Below are positions 50,026 to 62,455 of a stretch of DNA of 64,000 bases, one piece after another (positions within the stretch are counted from its first letter, which is position 1; every line of letters begins with the position of its first letter). The stretch is taken from assembly GCF_963921235.1 (NCBI RefSeq), contig NC_086097.1:142726001-142790000 (forward strand). Direction: 5' to 3'. Made by a program: the position numbers and the translations under genes. Origin of the DNA: Mobula hypostoma. Lineage: Eukaryota. The notes under the pieces are model-generated. The model ran no database searches, had not been told where the DNA came from, and saw only the letters and a list, made by a program, of their open reading frames with translations.

Positions 50026-51339
50026 TTGTTCAGAACTAAACTAAGTCGTGCTGATTTGAATACAAATTCTATGCAAGTTGAACAGCAAGGTAAAGTACTA
50101 CAAACAATATAAATTGAAAAGCAAAAAAAAACTTTGCATGTGCTAAAAATCTAGACTGGGGTGAGCAGCATTTTAAGGAGTTATTTTGAAAAAAGTAAGT
50201 CAATCCTTCTGGTGTACTCCCCTCACCACCTCTGCTTAGGTATAATGAAGGGTTTTCACCAGCAACACAAACTCACCTAAAAAGAGATTTAAATACTTAC
50301 TATTTCCAAAATATTCCACAGTTTCTTATTTTAAAATTATGCAGTGTCAAAAGCTAGTCAGAATAAAATGTGTATGAAGGACTTCCTCCTGCTGACAGTG
50401 GAGGTTAAATAAGGGCTCTATTCTTATTTGAATAATGTTTCAATACTAAGAAAGTAAAATTCTTCCTGTTGCACATGTGCAGATTTAGGGAGAGATTTAG
50501 TTGATTTGTAAGAGCAGGATGTGTAAAAGAAAAAAAACCATTGCTTGTTACAAAATTCATGATTATTATTTTCTTTGATGGCTGTAAGAATTTGTGATAA
50601 CAGCTTTAAGTGACTCAAGATGGCATCCAACTGTCTTCGTGGGTAGTGATGGTCACTGTGTATTTGTTATTTTTTGGTCTGACTGTTGCTCAGTCTGCTC
50701 TGTGTTACTCGTGCTTGTCCCACTATGTTCAATGAGATGGAGACAGTTGCCGATTGTTTTATACCAAACATCAGCACTTTGCCAAGTAAAACGAAGCCTC
50801 CTGAATGTAGTCTCCACTAGCCCTTCCCTGTAAATCTAATCTTCCCACAATTCTCCTTCTTTCTGCACTACCGTCCAATTAATCTAACCAAGACTGCTCT
50901 TATCACCCTTCAAAATACCGTACCTACCATCCCCCTAAAAAAGCCAGGTGTCGCAAGATTCGCCACCCACCCATTAGAATTACGCGAGCACCGTGGATTT
51001 TAGGCCTACTACCATCTCTCCCCAAAGCTATCTCGTGTGCGTCTGTGTTTTTATTCTCCTCTTTTTAAAGTTTACCCACCATTTACTTTACCTTCGAGCC
51101 ACACAAAGGGTGAAATAGTTTTAATCAAAATAGGGGTGGAGGGAATTAAAACACGAGGAAGAATGACCATCACGGGGGCCTGGGCTCCAGTCATTTTTGG
51201 ACCTTATGCCGAAGCACTGGTTCCATCTAATTTCTTTACTTTTTGCACTGTTACCTCAAGCCACATTTTATTTTTTATATTAAGCTTCACTGAAAACGAA
51301 TCAGATGACAATTAAATAAAATTATGTGATAAGAATAAA

Positions 51340-52210
51340 GAGATATTTCGGTTACTTACTCGGTCGGGTGCTCTGGGTCATAAGCGTCCCCCATCTTCAC
51401 CGAGCGGCGCTATTTTACTCAAAACATTCAGCATGAAAAACGAAAAAAAATAAAACAACGAGGGCAAAAAAAAAACCTCCAACGATTTTCTGAGCCGGCG
51501 TGTAAATTTCTTCTCCACCTTTGGAAGGTTCAGACTTCTGCTCCGGGACTGACAACTCGACGTTCCGAAATTAGGATCCCGGCGCCTGCGACGTTCCAAA
51601 ATCGAACCTTTTTGTATCAATTCTCCCTTCCGATCCGATAAAAATGTTGTCCTTCAGTTTTATTCCATGCTCGCTGCCGCTCCGCCGCCCGCCGCCGGCC
51701 GCCGGCCTCCTTATGGAATCCACACTCGAACTCCCTCTTTCTAAAACATCCTTCCCATATTTAAATATATATTGTACCTTGTGTGTGTATATACACATAT
51801 AAAAAACACCAGGCACGAGATCTATTTAATCCCCGCTTCGCCTCTGCAAAACAAAATGAATGCGAAAAAATTCTTCCATCAGAAAACAATGTACTTTTTT
51901 ATATTTATAGCCATTTTAATTTGTCTTCTTTCTTTCTGGTTCCCCTTTTGCTTTAAGCACACATTATATTTGTGTGTGTTTGTATTTTTTCAACCTCGAG
52001 AAAGAACACTAGGACGATGTACGTCGCTCCGTAACAAACGGAAATGAACCGAGAACAGTTTTTTTCGATGCGACTGGGACTTTCCTGTGAAATTGACAGT
52101 CATCCGGGCCAACTGAAAGTGTCGAGCCAGTTTATGAAACTGACTGCCATAAGAGATATTTTATTATGTTTCGTTTGTGAGGAGCTGCTGCTGAAACTGA
52201 TCAGGTTTGT
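51340..52210. promoter_or_regulatory. CpG island / probable bidirectional promoter
   Basis: The only long CpG-rich, TE-free stretch in the window. (GCC)n-like tract at 51673-51705. Outward-facing splice donors at 51359 (minus) and 52205 (plus). Confidence 0.8.
51360..51394 (-). CDS. First-exon ORF start (MGDAYDPEHPT, phase 2) of an unidentified gene; CDS start or uORF
   Basis: Kozak-compatible aagATGG, then donor GA|gtaagt at the edge of the CpG island. Confidence 0.6.
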
Positions 52211-52861
52211 GTTTGTTTCGTTGCATTTGTTTTCTGGAATAATTCTTGTTCCGACTTTTAATCTAAAAATTAAAAAAATCTGCAATGGATTTGGCGTCCA
52301 AGCACGCTTGCCAATATATCAGTTCTTTAATTCGATACATAAAGATAAATTGGAAAGAAAATGCTGCCACAGATAAAGGGATTGAGTTTAACCTGAACTT
52401 TTAAAAAATTTAGTGCGACGCAGTGTGGGAGGGTGAGGGGCAATTTCATAAATCTTTCGTCAACCTCCGGGCACTTTCATTTTTTTAACCCTCTGATCCA
52501 ATGCCCAGACAATAGACTGTGACCAATCGGATTAATATATAACGCTATAGTATGATAACGCGTTGAGTTTTTTTTAGGGACAATAGCATGATTTGGGATT
52601 CCTCCAAGTCTTTGCCAATATTGAATCTTACAGAACAGGAAGCGGCCATTCATGTTTCCATGTTGTGCCAGTAATTTTAAAGAAATTATTAATCTAATCC
52701 CAATTATTTGTTTATGCTCACATTTATTTTTGCTTATTTCTTTGAATATATATCCAATTTCCCTTTGAAACTTGCTATTGAATACTCTTGGACTATGTTT
52801 TATGATATACTGTATATTCCAGATATATGAAACAAATTTGCCTCATCTCTTTGGTCCTTTT

Positions 52862-54165
52862 ACCTTTTTTTCCCCAAAAATATACTTTAGTCACAAGTCA
52901 CAAAAATACAAGTACCTATCTTTTCTTACATTCATTGTACCATCAAGTCAGGCACTCTTAATCTGCATTAATGATACTTTATTTTTTTCCCCCTCTTTAA
53001 ACAATTCATTCACCCATGAAGTACAAACACTGATGATACACAGGACTCAGCCCCTCTGTGTCCAGGAGTGGTAGGACCTTAACTATGGTCTTTCCCTACA
53101 AAGACTTTGCAGTGGGAGGACTGAACTTCTATGCATCCTCAGCACATATTCCTGCACATCGGGACGTGCCTAAACGCCTTTTACTGGAAAACCAGCAAGT
53201 TTCAGGTGGACCAAACTGCATCTTTCACTGAGTTGATGATTTTGCAGCAGTTGATCTTTGTTATTGTGTGTGACCCTGGGATCAGCCCATGGAACGAAGC
53301 CCTCTATTGCATCCGTGCCCAGGAGACACTTCGATGAGAGTCACTGCATTCTTTTCCAGGCCTTGGCAAACACAGTCCTCAAGAGATGGACAATCATCTC
53401 ATGTGCACCACAGCCATCTCGAGGGCAGTGTGCAATGGGACTGAGAACTCTGGTTGTGCAGAGAGGATCTGATAGGGAATGCCCCTCTCAGCCAAGCAAG
53501 TCCTGATGTTTGTTTGTGAGTTGTCAGTACTGGTGATGAGGCATTGTGCCAAATGACTGACAGTGTGCCCGGGAAACCACTGTGTAGATCCATGATGTCC
53601 TTCCCTTATCGGACCTGTAGGACATTACATGTTGATTAATGCCTGATGAACCAATGACCAAAATGTTCTTCTGCAGAAACCTTTCCACAAAGGGGAAGTG
53701 GTGTGGTATGATACAAATAAATGCAACATTGCATGGCAATGAGACCAGATCAATCCTTCTCACTGGGGACAGGATGAACCTCACACTGGTTCTGTGCAGA
53801 ATTTAATGCAGCCTAACACAAAAGTCGCCATCAGGACAAGGGTTCTCCAGATGAAATGACTACCACAATACAAGAGCAAGGTATGGGCCATGTGTGCTCA
53901 AATACAGCAATACTGAGTGCACCTTGCACCTAAGGATCAGGTTCTTGCTGAATATTGAGAAGGTTCATTGCTTCCACGTACCCAGTTGTTGCTTTACCTT
54001 GGCTATCCGGCCCAGCCAATTCTTACATAGCCCCTATACCATTTCCAACTACCAACATGCACCTCCACCACCAACCCCCAGCTCCCCAGATTTCCAGACC
54101 TGATGATGAAGGAACAAAGGATTGGTTGTATCAGTTGCCAAAGAATATGGGCTCAGTCGTATTGT
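52862..54165 (-). mobile_element. L1/Tx1-clade LINE 3' fragment
   Basis: Minus: RFILSPVRRIDL..PHHFPFVERF; 3' end taaagtatatttttggggaaaaaaa. Confidence 0.7.
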
Positions 54166-55163
54166 GATTGATTCTGTTTTTCTGAGGCCAGCTCAGATTG
54201 GTTGTAGATGCTGATGGACTATGGGTCTGATGGTGATGTTATTAATATACATGTAGACAGTTCTGATGCAGAGTTTCAACTCAATGTCTATTATCTCTTT
54301 CTATCCACAGATACTGCTTGATAAATTAGGTTTCTCCACTATTTTGTTTTTTTTTGTTGCTCCAGATTATAGGATCTGTAATCTCTTGTGTCTGTAGATA
54401 GACTAGAGGTCTGAGTGTCCCCATTGCCAGGCATTATTATTCCTCTTATACCCATGTCTTTTCTGCTGGATTTACCAAAGGGCCTGATACAACATACAAA
54501 CCAGTCAGTGTGTAGAGCCATGCCTTACTCCAGGCTCGACAGGGAAGCTTTCTGTTTACCACCCATTAATTTCAACTGAGCCTGTTAATGACTGTGTGGA
54601 GCATTTCTATCCAATTCCTGATTTCCTCCCATTTTGGAAAGTAAATGTGCGATATCATGACAAAGATCTTCACCTGGTGTGAGCTGATCAGGCACGTTTC
54701 CCACTCATAATTCCTGGTATCTATGAGCAGTGCAATATTATCAATGATTTTCCTGCTCGGTTTGGTCTAATGCTTCTGCTTTTAGTATGTTGCTTCTTAG
54801 TACCCTTTATATACCTGAAAGACAGATATTTGGTTTTACGGTAAGATTAACTGACCAATCATCTGGTAAGTAGGTTACAGCCATGGAAGGAGCATTTACA
54901 ATGTAGTATAACAAAATGTAAATTTATTTACAAATACTTATGCTGTTTCACAATGTGTTTAGGTTATTCATTTCCATAAACCCACTTTGATGTTCTTCTA
55001 GATTATCAGTGACCAATAGCCATGTTTTATTTATTTGTCCTTGGTTCATGTAAGATGCAAAAAGAACAATCTCTCCCTGACATTGCAGACAGGTGAATTT
55101 ACTATTGAACTGTATTCTTGAATTAATTGGGGAGAGCTTTTTATCGGCTTTTGTTTCTCTTAG

Positions 55164-55201
55164 ATTATGGAAGGATTGCTATTGTAAATGCTGGAAAGCA
55201 T
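55164..55201 (+). other. Candidate 38-nt exon of a divergent plus-strand transcript
   Basis: Acceptor ttttgtttctcttag| and donor AT|gtaagt. Confidence 0.5.
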
Positions 55202-55329
55202 GTAAGTGAAAAATGAATGAATGAGTAGGTATTTTCTTAGTTATTTAGTTCTAAGGGAGTTTATATTTTATCTTCAAAAAATAAAAATAACGTGTGGCCC
55301 CTTTGATAAGGAAGCCGCATATGAGGCTG

Positions 55330-56745
55330 CTAAAAAGGATAGGAGCCCTAGATATTACGGGAAAGGTACTAGAAAAGATAGAAGTTTGTCTGACTGGCAG
55401 AAAGCAAAGAATGGGAATAACCTAGGCTCTTTCTGGTTAGCTGCTGGTGACTAGTGGTGTGCCACAAGGATTGGTATTATGCCCAGTACTTTTCATATTA
55501 TATATTTACAGACATCCCACCCTGCAAAAACTCATTTTAGGGAGGTAGCACCATCAATTTGCGGGAGACTCCTGGAACTTCTGGGAGAGGTGGGATGTCT
55601 GCAATACAGTAGCTCCTTATCAGCCAGCCAGCTAGTTTAAATAACGTTAGCTATGCTAATGAATGAATGACACCTGTTAAACTCACCTCAACATGTCTTT
55701 TACAGTCCTAACCCACCATGGGCAATAGAAAAGTCACTGTTGCAAACAGTTCAGTGAGCAACACTGTCATTATTTTTGACCCCTATTAGGCAGGGGTACA
55801 CTTTAGTGTAGTCTGGGGTGACGTACATTTTATATTTTCTTTTTTTGGAACACTCTGCCATGGCGCGCTTGTGCTCTCTCTCTCTCTTTCTCTCTTGCGT
55901 ACTCTCTCGCTCGCTCGCTCGCGAAAAAAATCGATTTCCAGGATATTGTATATAATTTGTGGGCATCAGGGAGCCACTATCAATATATGGGAGACTCCCG
56001 GAACTTCCGAGAGAGGTGAGATGTCTGTATCTATGATCTGGTTGATGAAATTGATGGCTTTATGGCCTAGTTTATAGATGATACAAAGATGGATGGAGGG
56101 ATAGGTAGTGTTGAGGAAGAAAGGAGTCTGCAGAAGACTTGGACGGATTAGGAGGATGAGCAAAGAAATGGCAGATGGAATACAGTATGGGAATGTGTAT
56201 GGTCATACACTTTGGTAGAAGGAAGAAAGACAGACGATTTTCAAGATGGGAGAAAAATCAGAAATTGGATATGCAAAGGGACTTCAGTGTCCTACTGCAG
56301 GATTCCCTAAAACTTAACTTGCAAGTTGAGTTGATGCAATGTTCATATTCCTTTTGAGAGGACTAGAATATAAAAGCAAAGATGCAATGAAAGGAAGCAA
56401 TGGCAAAACCTCGTGGAGTGCTGTGAGCAGTTTTGGGCCTCATATTTAAGGAATGATATGTTGGAATTGGAGAGGGTCCAGAGGAAGTTTAAGAGAGTCA
56501 TCCCGAGGATTAAAGGGTTAATGTATGAGGAGCATTTGTTGGCTGTGGTACTGTACTCATTGGAATTTAAAAGGATGAGGGTGGAGTCTGACTGAAACCT
56601 ACAGGATATTGATATAATGAATGTGGAGAGGATGTAAGGGTGTCAAAAATTGCAGGGAAAAAGCAGGAGAATGGGTTTGAAGGAATAGTAAGTCATCAAT
56701 GATTGAATGGTAGATTGGCCAAATGGCCAAATTCTGATCCTATGG
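55330..56745 (+). mobile_element. CR1 LINE fragment
   Basis: VTSGVPQG, DDTK, CEQFWASYLRNDMLELERVQRKF. Confidence 0.88.
55509..56027. mobile_element. Non-autonomous TIR element nested in CR1
   Basis: TA|CAGACATCCCACC ... GGTGAGATGTCTG|TA. A 39-bp terminal segment is repeated internally at 55563-55601. Confidence 0.7.
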
Positions 56746-59700
56746 GCATTTGAACAGTGGCCTATCAGCGATTAGGAGCGAGGGAAGAAGTGACTCACAC
56801 AGGTTGCCAAGTGTGCATTAAAAAGCAACGCTTTGCGGGTGTTTTGGCATTTGAACTGTGGCCAAACAGATTGGAATTCATTAGCAAGGGCAAATAAAAT
56901 AAGAAGGGGGCAGCAGAGCAGCCTTTGTTGGAGTGGGGAGTTGAGGCTTTAGCTTTTCGAGGCTTCAGTGAGGGGAGGCTTGAGTGAGAGAAGGCAAAAA
57001 GCTGTAAGATTTTTTTAAGCTAATTTATTGTTTCCTTCTTTCTAATGGCACAGTTAGAGCAGCAGGGATGCAGCAGGGAGACCTCCAGTGTCCCTGATGA
57101 TTTTACCTGCAAGAAGTGCATCCAGCTGCAGCTTCTAACAGACCGTGTTAAGGTGTTAGAGCTGGAACTAGATGAACTCTAGATCATGCAGGAGGCTGGG
57201 GCTGTGATAAACAGGACATATAGAGAGGTAGTTACACCCAAGGTGCAGGACCCAGGAAATTGTTTGACAGTCAGGAGGTTGAAAAAAGTTAAACAGCCTG
57301 TGCAGTGTACCCCTATGGCTATCCCCCTAAATAACAGGTATGCCACTGGATACTGTTGGGAGGATGACCTAGCAGTGGAAAGTCACAGTAGTCAGGTCTC
57401 TGGCACTGAGTTTGGCTCTATGGCTTGGAAGGGAAATGGGGAGAAGAGGAAAACTGTGGTGAAAGGGGATTCATTAGTTAGGGGAACAGAAAGGAGGTTT
57501 TGTGGATGAGAACGAGATTCCAGGATGGTATGTTGCTTCCTGGTTGCCAGGGTCTGAGCCATCTCATATCGAGTCCTCAGCATTCTCAAGTGGCAGGGTA
57601 AGCATCCAGAGATCATGGTCCATTTAGGTACCAATGACATAGGTAGGAAGAGGGACAAGGTTCAGTAAAGTGAGTTCAGGGAGTTAGGTTCTAAGTTAAA
57701 GGAAGGGCCTCCAGGGTTGTGATCCCAGTATTGTTACCCATGCCATGTGCTAGTGAGGCCAGAAATAGGCAGATCATACAGTTCAACATCTGTCTAAGGA
57801 GTTGGTGTAAGAGGGAGGGCATCAGATTTTTTTATATATCATTGGGCTCTCTTCCAGAGAAGGTGGGACCTGTACAGAAGAGATGGTTTCCACCTGAACT
57901 GGAGGGGGACTCTTATCCTACTGAGAAGGTTTGCTAGTTCTGCTTGATGGGGTTTAAACTAGAGTTGCAGGGGGACGGGAGTCAGCGTGTCAGAAGAGAT
58001 AGTGGAGTACTTGTGGAGACAGATATTGTTAAGATCTCAGACAAAGTCAGGAAGCAAAAGGTTGAGTATGGTGCGATTAATGTTCTGAGTTTCATATACT
58101 TCTTTGCAGATGAGCTCAGTACATGGATCATGGAATTATGATATTGTAGCCATAAGAAGAAAGGCATGACCATGTTAAGGGGGCTGTATGATAGACTACC
58201 CAACAGTCTCCAGGATTTAGAGGTACAAATTTGTAGAGAGATCATAGACTTGCAAGAAACATAAGGTTGTTATGGTAGGTGATTTAACTTCCCACATATT
58301 GACTGGGACAACCATACTGTAAAATGACCAGATGGGATAGAGTTTGACAAATACATTCAGCAAAGTTTCCTCAATCTGTACATAGATGTCCCAACGAGAG
58401 AGTGTGCAATACTTGAATTGCTATAATGGAATGAGACAGGGCAGGTGACAGAAGTTTGTGTAGGGGAACACTTTGCATCCAGTGATCATAAAGCCATTAG
58501 TTTCAAGGTGATTATGGAAAAGGATAGGTCTGGTCCTCGGGGTGTGATTCTAAATTGGAGAAAGACAAACTTTGGAGGTATCAGAAAGGACCTGGGAAGC
58601 GTGGATTGGAACAAACTGTTTTTTGCTGAAGATGTACTTGGTAAGTGGGAGGCATTCAAAGGTGTAGTTTGTAGGTGCCTGCCAGAATAAAAGGCAAGGA
58701 TAACTGGCTTGGGGAACCTTGGTTTTTGAGAGATATTGAGGCCATGGTTAAGAAAAAAGGAGGTGCATAGCATCTGCAGACAGGTAGGAACAATTGAAGT
58801 ACTTGAGGAATATAAGAAATGCAAGAGAACACTGGAGAAAGAAATCAGGAGGGCTAAAAGAAGGCATGAGGTTGCCCTAACAGACAAGCTTAAGGAGAAT
58901 CCTGAGGGCTTCTACAGATATGTTAAGAGCAAAAGGATTGCAAGGTACAACAGTGGTCCTGTGGAAGATCAGAATGGTAATCTATGCACGGATTTTTTGC
59001 ATCTATATTTTCGTGGGAGATGGATACAGAGCCTATAGAAGTGGGGCAAAGCAGCAGTGAGTTCATAGACCCTATGCAGACTACAGAGAAGGAGGTGTTT
59101 TTTGTTTTGAAGCAAATTGGGGTGGACTAATCCAGAGGGTCAGACAAGGACCCTGTGGGAGGTGGGTGCAGAAATTGCTGAGGCCCTAGCAGAAATATTT
59201 AAATCATCCTTGGTGACAGGTGAGGTACCAGAGGATTAGAGGATTGCTAATGTTGTTCTGCTGTTTAAGAAAGGCTCTAAAAATAAACCAGGAAGTGATA
59301 GGCTGGTGAGCCTGACATCGTTAGTGGGAACGTGATTGGTTAGATATCAACTGATTAGGGATAGTCAGCATGGCTTTGTGTGTGATAGATTGTTTCTAAC
59401 CAATTTTATAATAGAGTTTTTCAAGTAAGTTACCAGGAAAATTGATGAAGGTAAGGCAGTGGATATTGACAAGGCCCTGCGTGGTAGATTGGTCAAAAAC
59501 GTTTAGTTGCTTGGTATTTAAGATGAGGTAATAAATTGGATTAGATATTGGCTTTGCGGGAGAAACCAGAGAGTGATAGTAGATGGTTACCTCTCTGACT
59601 GGAGGCTTGTGTCTAGTTGAGTGCCGCAAGGATCAGTGCTGGGTCTGTTGTTTGTCATCTATGTCAGCGATTGGATGATAACCTGGTTAACTGGATCAGC

Positions 59701-60620
59701 TAATTTGTGGATGACACTAAGATTAGGGGTGTAATGGACAGCGAGGAAGACTATCAAAACCTGCAGCAGGATATAGACCAGCTGGAAAAATAGGGTTGAA
59801 AAATGTGAGATGGAACTTAATGCAGACAAGTGTGGGATGTTGCACTTTGGGAGGACCAACCAGGGTAGGTTTTCCACAGTGAGCGGTATGACACCTAGGA
59901 GTGCTGTAGCACAAAGGGAATACAGATCCATAATTCCTTGAAAGTGATGTCACAGGTAGATAAGGTTGCAAAGAAGTCTCTTGGCACATTGGCCTTCACA
60001 GATCAAAGTATTGAGTACAGGAGATGGGATGGTATGTTGGAGTTGCATAAGACATTGGTGAGGCCTAATTGGGAGTATTGTGTGCAGGTTTGGTCGCCTA
60101 CCTACAGTAAAGATGGAAAGATTACAGAGAAAATTTACAAGCATGTTGCTGGGATTGGAGGATCTGAGTTATAAGGAAAGATTGAATAGGTTAGAAATTT
60201 ATTCCCTAGAATGTAGAAGATTGCGGGAGATGTGATAGAGGTTTTGAGGGGTATAGATAAAGTAAAATCAGAATCAGGTTTATTATCACTGGCGTGTCGT
60301 GAAATTTGTAAATGCAAGCAGGCTTTTTCCACTGAGGTTGAGTGAGACTACAACTAGAGGTTATGGGTTAAGGGTGAAAGATGAAATGTTTAAGGGGAAC
60401 ATGAGGGGAAACTTCATTCAGAGGATGGTGACAGCAGTGTGGATGCAATTTTGAGTTCAACATTTAATAGAAGTTTAGATTTATATATGGATGGGAGGGG
60501 TATGGAGGGCTATGGTCCCAGTGCAAAACAGTTGGACGAGGCAGTTTAAATAGTTCTGCACAGACTAAACAGACAGAAGAGCTTGTTTCTGTGCTGTAGT
60601 TTTCTATAGCTCTATGTCTT
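56746..60620 (+). mobile_element. Near full-length decayed CR1 LINE (ORF1 zinc finger + SGNH esterase; ORF2 endonuclease-RT)
   Basis: ORF1: TCKKCIQLQLLTDRV, GDSLVRG, HLGTNDIG, RDGFHLNW. ORF2: VGDLTSHI (frameshifted), SSDHKAI, VPQGSVLG, LVRPNWEYCVQVWSP. Confidence 0.92.
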
Positions 60621-61009
60621 TTGGTGTAAGATGACCAGCACAAGGAGGTAAATAGAATCAGTCTTGCATATTGTAAAAGAAAATTTATTTTAAGAGAGGA
60701 TCAATGGGTGCATTTACTGGCCAATCCTGGCTGTGCCGAGAAAGGACTTATGGACTTCAGGGTCACTTTAGAAGCTATAAGTGTCATTCAGTAGTGTGGG
60801 GTAGGATCCACATTCAGGCTAAGACTAAGTGGGAGTTTCCAAGACATTAATGAAGACACTGGTTTTTGCCCTGCTTTATCGCCTGAGCACTGCAACTCCT
60901 TGGTCAAAAGATAAATTCAAGATCCATGCCTGAAGTTTGATGACCTAATCCAGGCTGATAGTGAGTAGTGAGAAGTGTACTGAAACAATATGACATTATT
61001 GTGATATTG

Positions 61010-61340
61010 GATGGCACAGTGACACAACAGTGAGTACTGCTGCCTCTCAGCACCTGGAATTTGGGTTCAGTCCTGGCCTTGGGAGCCTCCTTTGTGGATT
61101 TTGCATATTTTTCCTTGACAGGAAGGGTTTCCTCCCTCAACCCAATGACATGCCTGTCGGTTAACTGCCTGATGTAAATATTCACTTTTTGTAGTTAATG
61201 GAAAAAGTATCAAAACAGTGCATCGATGGGCAAATATGAGAGAGAGCATGTGTGCAGGGAATAAGGTGAGGGGGAATAGGACTGACGTGGTGGCTGCACT
61301 GGCCCTGTGGGCTGTATGGCTTCCTTTGGTGCCATTGTAA
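61010..61340 (+). mobile_element. HE1-type tRNA SINE
   Basis: ggcacagtgacacaacagtgagtactgctgcctctcagc..gggttcagtcctggcc..tgtggattttgcat. Confidence 0.7.
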
Positions 61341-62455
61341 GATAATAGATGTGCCACCCTCTGAATCAAATAATAAACCCTGCCAGCTATCTCAGAACTC
61401 ACGACCTGTATTTGAAGATGATAATGGAAATTCTCCCTGTTGTCCTGGTCATTAGTCATCCTCAAGCCAAATAACTTAAGATCAGTTTATCTGGTGATCC
61501 ATCCGTGTAGATTTCCTTGTCATTTTCCATATTTCACTCTATCTTCCTCCTAAGGTTTGGTCTGAGTTTTAAGTGAACACATCCAGGGGGTCAGGTTTGA
61601 GTTGGACATTCATTTCAGACCCTGATCCATTTTGTCACTGGGGAGTAATATCACTTAGATTGTAAAGTTAACATCTGTCTCATACCTAGCCTCACTGGCA
61701 AGGCCAGGCTTTTTTAAAATTTATACATTACTGTCAAGATCTATTTTTAGTGAGCCAAGCGTAGAGCAAGCAGCAGTCACTAGATTCGGATGTGGGAAGT
61801 TCCTTGTTTTCTCCACTGGGAGCATATTTAATCTTAAAATAGATCTAATCATTGGGGAAGCAAATCTAACATTGAACAGACACTTTTAATGTTAAAGATG
61901 ATTCTTTTTTTTGTACTGTTATTAGTTTTTTTTAAAGATTAGTTAAACAAGCTGGCAGAAATTAGGATTCCATTGAAAGATTTGAGAGTTTGGAATTGAA
62001 ATATGGCATTTCCTGGCAAGAATGAGTATGGAATCTGTTGAGTCCTACTCTCCATCACTGATGAATTTATTACTTGGGGAGGAGCAAGTTTAGTTTCCAA
62101 TGTAAGAATGTGCATTTAGATAGAGTATTTTATGACTTCAGGACATCTTGGAGTGCTTGTAGCCAGTTAAGTACTTTTGAAGTGCAGTCACTGTGTAATG
62201 GAAGAAATGCGGCAACTAGTTTCAGCACAGAAAAAAATATAGCTGATTTTAATTTTCTTTTCAAATTTTTGCATTTTATGGGACCCAGGCAATGCTCGTT
62301 AGGGTAGCATTCATTGTTCATCTCTAATTATATTTGAGAAGGTGGTGCTGATTTGCATTCTTGAAACAGTGCTTTCATTTTGAAAGTACTGAGAGTACTG
62401 TTGGAAAAGGACTTCCAGGAATTAAACTCAGTGATAATGAAGGAATGGTAATTTA

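Noticed and set aside
50590..50830. Minus-strand open stretch just after exon 1 as exon 2
   Set aside because: Poor polypyrimidine tract, no clear donor and no recognisable protein.
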